Part shown: positions 40,063 through 43,866 of the stretch, in pieces
Layout of the letters: every line of letters begins with the position of its first letter
How positions within the stretch are numbered: position 1 is the stretch's first letter
From: an uncultured Candidatus Saccharibacteria bacterium
GTDB taxonomy: Bacteria; Patescibacteriota; Minisyncoccia; Phycocordibacterales; UBA10002
NCBI GenBank assembly: GCA_964366535.1
Contig: CAYIUC010000005.1
Coordinates: forward strand, 1 to 43,866
Length of the DNA: 43,866 nt
Reading direction: 5' to 3'
Translations under genes and position numbers: made by a program
The notes under the pieces: generated by a model
Databases searched by the model: none
Told to the model about the DNA's origin: nothing
The model's input: only the letters and a program-made list of their open reading frames with translations

Positions 40063-41079
40063 CTATATCAAAGTGTTTTTAACTCCGTGCACATGTTCAT
40101 GCGCTTTGGGGGTGGCGCGGCGGCCGCGTGGTGTGCGTTCAATGAGGCCGAGTTGTAGTAAGTAGGGCTCGTTTACTTCTTCAAGAGTCGCTTCCTCTTC
40201 CGATAGCGCGGCCGCCAATGTGTTTAGCCCAACAGGCCCACCCCCAAACTTCTGAATAAGAGTTTCCAAAAGCGCGCGGTCGGACGCATTGAGCCCCAAT
40301 GTATCAACGCCTAGAAGCGCGAGCGCATCTTCTACAATCTCTTCCGTAAGCGCCCCGCGCTTTAGTTGAGCAAAATCGCGGCATCGTTTAAGTAGGTAAT
40401 TGCCTACGCGCGGGGTAGCGCGGCTTCGCTCTGCTATGGCGCGCACGGCGTTTTCATCTATAGCAATTTCTAATAGGCGCGCGGAACGGCGGATAATTTT
40501 CTCAATTTCTTCTGTAGAATAAAACTCCAACCGATGCACACCGCCGCCAAAGCGCGAGCGGAGCGGCGAAGAGAGAAGCGCGATGCGCGTCGTAGCGGCA
40601 ATAAGCGTAAAGGGCGGCAGTTCCAGTTGTATCGTGCGCGCCGAAGGTCCTTTACCGATAATGATGTGCAGCTCGCCGGTTTCCATTGCCGGGTAGAGCA
40701 CTTCTTCAATAGAGCGGTTCAGTCGGTGAATTTCGTCTATAAACAAAATGTCGCCGGCAGAAAGGTTTGTGAGGATTGACGCAAGGTCGCCAACCTTCTC
40801 AATTGCAGGTCCAGAGGTGGACTTCATTTGCGCGCCCATTTCTTTCGCAATCAAATGCGCCAAGGTGGTCTTACCAAGCCCAGGCGGACCGTAAAAGAGG
40901 ATATGCTCTGGCGGATGTTTGCGTTCCGCCGCCGCAGAAAGGAGTATTTTTAGGTTTCCGGTAATTTGTTTCTGCCCGATATATTCGTTCCACGAGGCAG
41001 GGCGGAGCGCGGAGTCCAAAAACGCATCGCGCTTTGCCCCCGTTTCTTCTCCTTGTTTTTTGCTTTTTGGGGTTGACAT
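40063..41079 (-). CDS. ruvB: Holliday junction branch migration ATPase RuvB
   Basis: Walker A GPPGLGKTTLA, Walker B LFIDEIHRL and the motif TLIAATT. Confidence 0.95.
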   Translation of the reverse strand: MSTPKSKKQGEETGAKRDAFLDSALRPASWNEYIGQKQITGNLKILLSAAAERKHPPEHILFYGPPGLGKTTLAHLIAKEMGAQMKSTSGPAIEKVGDLASILTNLSAGDILFIDEIHRLNRSIEEVLYPAMETGELHIIIGKGPSARTIQLELPPFTLIAATTRIALLSSPLRSRFGGGVHRLEFYSTEEIEKIIRRSARLLEIAIDENAVRAIAERSRATPRVGNYLLKRCRDFAQLKRGALTEEIVEDALALLGVDTLGLNASDRALLETLIQKFGGGPVGLNTLAAALSEEEATLEEVNEPYLLQLGLIERTPRGRRATPKAHEHVHGVKNTLI

Positions 41080-41118
41080 TTTAATTGCACTATGCTAGGA
41101 TACTTTTGGTTTCAAGCT

Positions 41119-41268
41119 CGCGAATCTCTAAGCAATAGAATCTTCGGGTTTTTTGACGCTTCGTCATGGATGTTCCGGTCGGGTGCTTCACGGCCTCCTA
41201 CGGGAACACCCCACAGAGCTGTGTTTTGCTTTTCATCTTGTATGAAAAGTATTGCTTAGAGATTCGCG
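41119..41268. repeat. 150-bp unit bounded by perfect 19-nt inverted repeats (MITE-like or long-stem RNA)
   Basis: CGCGAATCTCTAAGCAATA at 41119-41137 is the exact reverse complement of TATTGCTTAGAGATTCGCG at 41250-41268. An internal hairpin CTTTTCATcttgtATGAAAAG is present. Confidence 0.6.
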
Positions 41269-41349
41269 TTCTGGAAATCGCTTTTGCAAATCTATCTCGC
41301 CTTTGCACGCGCCGCCACTGCCTCACGCGCATTTTTTGTTTTCTAATAC

Positions 41350-43023
41350 CTATTCATTAAACCCGACCACGCGCTCGACCTCTTCAAACGACGAAATGCC
41401 CGCGAGCGCCTTCAAAATGCCGTCTTGCGGCATAGTCATAAGCCCTTGCGGAAGCGCAGCGGCGCGGATTTCGCGCTCGCTCGGGTTTTCGCGGATAATT
41501 TTCTCAATAGCGGCATCCATTGCTATGCCTTCAAATACGCCGATGCGCCCTTTATAGCCCGTCTCGGAACATTTACTGCATCCTACTGGTTTCCAAAGCT
41601 TCATTTGCGGCGGTACCGCTTCGCCCGCCGGCATATTTGCGAGTGTTTGTTCAATCTGTTTCTTTTCTTCTGCTGTTGGCGCGGTCTCCTTTTTGCAATG
41701 CGGGCAAAGTTTCCGCACCAGGCGCTGGGCGAGCGTGAGCGTTACCGCCGAAGACATAATTTTCGGGTCAATGCCTAGGTCCATAAGGCGGGGGAATGAG
41801 CCCGCGGCATTGTTGGTATGCAGAGTAGAAAATACCATATGCCCCGTGAGTGAGGCGTTCAGAGCGACTCCTGCGGTCTCGTTGTCGCGGATCTCGCCGA
41901 CCATAATCACATCCGGGTCTTGCCGTAAGGCGGAGCGCAGGCCTTCCAAAAAGGTATACTCTTCTTTCGGATGTACTTGCGTCTGCACGATGCCTTTCAG
42001 ATGATACTCAACCGGGTCTTCAATAGTGATCACCTTCACTCCAGGCGTATAAATGGCGCGCAAAAATGCGTACAGGGTGGTTGTCTTGCCGCTCCCAGTA
42101 GGGCCCGTAGTCAAAATCATCCCATTTGGTTTCTTGATCTCTTTTTCAACAAGTGTGCGCAAGCGCGCGGGCATACCGAGCTCTTCCATCTTGACGGCAA
42201 TAGTTGCGGGGTTCAACACGCGCAGCACTACCGATTCGCCATAGGCGCCGGGAATTACCGAAGTTCGTATTTCAATTTCCGTACCTTCCAGCCGTACGCT
42301 AAACCGCCCGTCTTGCGCTTCCTCGCGGACATTCAAGAGAAGCCCCGATACAAGTTTTACTCGCGAGAGGATAAGTGCGAAAGCATCGCTATCGATTGAC
42401 GCGAGGTCGTTCAACACGCCGTCTAGCCGTATGCGTACGCGAACACCCGACTCCTCCGGTTCTAGGTGGATGTCGGAGGCGTTGGTAGAAAGCGCCCCAG
42501 CGAGCAATGTCTCCACGGTGCGCGAGATGCGCGATGCTTGCTTGGAAGCAAGCTCGTTACGGAGCACCTGCGCAATGTCGGCAACTGTTTTCAGATTTTT
42601 TGCCTGCGCCGATACCTCGCTTTCGGAAATTGTGATGGAGCCGGAATGCTCCTCACGCGCAAACGACAGGTCTTTGTAGCGTCCCCACGCTTTTTCTAGC
42701 CCTTTTCGCTCTGACATAAAGAGCTCTACCTCGTAGCCCGCTCCAGAAAGTTTCTTGAGCGCTGCTTTCGTTTCTTTTTGTTCGGGCGAAAACACAGCAA
42801 CGCTTACTTTCTTGCCGTTTAATCCAAAACCCGCCGCGAGTGCAGTGCGCGCTTCTGTTTCGGGGATGAGCCGCAAGGCATCTAGCTCAATGGGGGTAGG
42901 GATGAGGTCTATATAGGGGATACCAGCTTTTTCCGCCTGGGTTTGCACAAGCTCGCGCTCCTCGCGCTCGCGTAGGTCTTTCAGTTGTTCGCCCTGCTTT
43001 TCTTCCGAAAATGAGATAGGCAT
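41350..43023 (-). CDS. pilB: GspE/PilB-family type II secretion / type IV pilus assembly ATPase
   Basis: N-terminal GSPII_E_N-like domain, Walker A GPTGSGKTTT and a tetracysteine motif CPHCKK...CSKCSETGYKGR. TATACT lies 8 nt upstream on the minus strand. Confidence 0.9.
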   Translation of the reverse strand: MPISFSEEKQGEQLKDLREREERELVQTQAEKAGIPYIDLIPTPIELDALRLIPETEARTALAAGFGLNGKKVSVAVFSPEQKETKAALKKLSGAGYEVELFMSERKGLEKAWGRYKDLSFAREEHSGSITISESEVSAQAKNLKTVADIAQVLRNELASKQASRISRTVETLLAGALSTNASDIHLEPEESGVRVRIRLDGVLNDLASIDSDAFALILSRVKLVSGLLLNVREEAQDGRFSVRLEGTEIEIRTSVIPGAYGESVVLRVLNPATIAVKMEELGMPARLRTLVEKEIKKPNGMILTTGPTGSGKTTTLYAFLRAIYTPGVKVITIEDPVEYHLKGIVQTQVHPKEEYTFLEGLRSALRQDPDVIMVGEIRDNETAGVALNASLTGHMVFSTLHTNNAAGSFPRLMDLGIDPKIMSSAVTLTLAQRLVRKLCPHCKKETAPTAEEKKQIEQTLANMPAGEAVPPQMKLWKPVGCSKCSETGYKGRIGVFEGIAMDAAIEKIIRENPSEREIRAAALPQGLMTMPQDGILKALAGISSFEEVERVVGFNE

Positions 43024-43073
43024 ATGTGTAAAGTATATCCCATAAAGACGCCAAAAGCCCCTGTTTCAGGGGC

Positions 43074-43102
43074 TTGACTTTTAATACAGGAGGTGCTATA
43101 CT
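43074..43102 (+). promoter_or_regulatory. near-consensus sigma70 promoter of the lipoprotein gene
   Basis: TTGACT at 43074-43079, a 17-nt spacer, and TGcTATACT with TATACT at 43097-43102. The -10 sits within the palindrome CTATACtGTATAG. Confidence 0.65.
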
Positions 43103-43162
43103 GTATAGTAGATAGCGGTCAACTGAATGACTGAAATCTGAAACCTTTTACGGAGAGAGAAA

Positions 43163-43567
43163 ATGAAAAATCTGGTTTTGTTTGTTGTTGTTTCAATTTT
43201 GTTGGTTGGGTGCGCCACCGCGCAAAAAAGCGCGAGTACGCGCTCGCCGATGTATGTGGTGACAAACACCACTTCATCGGTGACCACCACAGGCACCAAT
43301 GTGGTGTCGGTAGTGAACTCACAAACCCAGAGCTTCCTGAAACCGCAGAGGCGATGGAGTGTGATGGGGTTGGTGTTCGGGGAGAAAGACCCAATTCCAA
43401 CGCAAGTGCCGTCGGGGCAGAGTGTTCAGCAGGGGGAACCCGCACCGAACATCATCGTGGTGGAGCAGCCATACGGATATGGATACTATCGGTATCCGTA
43501 CGCCAGAGTACCGGCATACTCAGGTGAACAACGAAGGTTGTTCGGGAGAAAGTTTCGGATACCATAG
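43163..43567 (+). CDS. small lipoprotein
   Basis: Signal peptide with lipobox MKNLVLFVVVSILLVGC. GGAGAGAG Shine-Dalgarno-like sequence lies upstream. Confidence 0.65.
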   Translation: MKNLVLFVVVSILLVGCATAQKSASTRSPMYVVTNTTSSVTTTGTNVVSVVNSQTQSFLKPQRRWSVMGLVFGEKDPIPTQVPSGQSVQQGEPAPNIIVVEQPYGYGYYRYPYARVPAYSGEQRRLFGRKFRIP

Positions 43568-43581
43568 TGGACAATGTCCGC

Positions 43582-43619
43582 GAGGCGCACAAACGAAGTT
43601 TGCGCGCCTCTTCTTTTGT
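43582..43619 (+). terminator. intrinsic terminator after the lipoprotein gene
   Basis: GAGGCGCACAAAcgaagTTTGCGCGCCTC hairpin (one mismatch) followed by TTCTTTTGTG. Confidence 0.65.
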
Positions 43620-43674
43620 GCGCATACTAGGCGGCACCAGATGTTTGAGGCCTATCAACATCTAGCGCCGCCAC

Positions 43675-43866
43675 TATGACTAGCACAAGCATCTCCGACA
43701 CCGCTAATTTTGCGCGCGAGTTTCTCGCGCGATTATATCCTAGCGCAAAGGGCGCGACTACTGTCGGTCTGTACGGCGATTTAGGTAGTGGTAAAACTAC
43801 ATTCGTTCAGCAAGTCGCAAGGGCGCTTGGTGTCGCCGGCTCCGTCCAGAGCCCTACTTTTGAGAT
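43675..43866 (+). CDS. tsaE: tRNA threonylcarbamoyladenosine biosynthesis ATPase TsaE (5' part; runs off the window)
   Basis: My own translation gives MTSTSISDTANFAREFLARL...VGLYGDLGSGKTTFVQQVARALGV...VQSPTFEI. It contains the P-loop and SPTF motifs. Confidence 0.75.

Noticed and set aside
43569-43579. GGACAaTGTCC palindrome resembling the core of the TAAAGGACA-n-TGTCCTTTA sites
   Set aside because: It lacks the TAAA flanks, is a single copy, and sits just after a stop codon next to a terminator. It cannot be distinguished from chance, though it is worth including if the motif is searched genome-wide.
1-43866. Looked for CRISPR arrays, rRNA genes, tRNA genes, integrases or transposases, and alternative genetic code signals
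   Set aside because: No regularly spaced direct repeats with unique spacers were seen. There are no T-loop or anticodon-arm cloverleaf candidates and no recombinase or transposase motifs. Long ORFs are intact under the standard code, with no in-frame TGA pattern.

Overview
Gene-dense 43.9 kb chromosomal window. Gene content and style suggest a small-genome Patescibacteria/CPR-like bacterium; this is inferred from the genes, not from a search. The standard genetic code fits. I could support no rRNA, tRNA or CRISPR array.

Housekeeping backbone: cca, rpsO-NYN-pnp, comM/yifB, uvrD/pcrA, rsmA, yidC-rnpA-rpmH diverging from dnaA-dnaN (likely oriC region), PBP1A, tyrS, ruvC, yebC, ruvB, pilB/gspE and partial tsaE.

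Accessory content:
- An 11-gene same-strand envelope operon (17615-29193). It is built around a VirB4-like ATPase with VirB6-, PrgI- and T4SS-pilin-like membrane proteins.
- A giant dockerin-bearing secreted protein.
- An AbiEii-type nucleotidyltransferase pair.
- A RelE/ParE-like toxin-antitoxin pair.
- An AT-rich DUF559 islet splitting yebC-ruvC.

The most unusual signals are at the DNA level:
1. A family of G/C-rich nested palindromic elements occurs in intergenic DNA and also in frame inside at least five coding sequences, comparable to Rickettsia palindromic elements.
2. Two 72-nt hairpins have an identical 34-nt loop and stems that differ by five compensatory base-pair changes.
3. A dense TAAAGGACA motif array includes a 51-nt perfect palindrome and a consensus DnaA box upstream of rpsO. 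The same motif is reiterated in frame inside cca.
4. Extended -10 boxes sit 5-10 nt upstream of start codons at many genes, implying mostly leaderless mRNAs.

All family assignments come from motifs read by eye and need profile searches.
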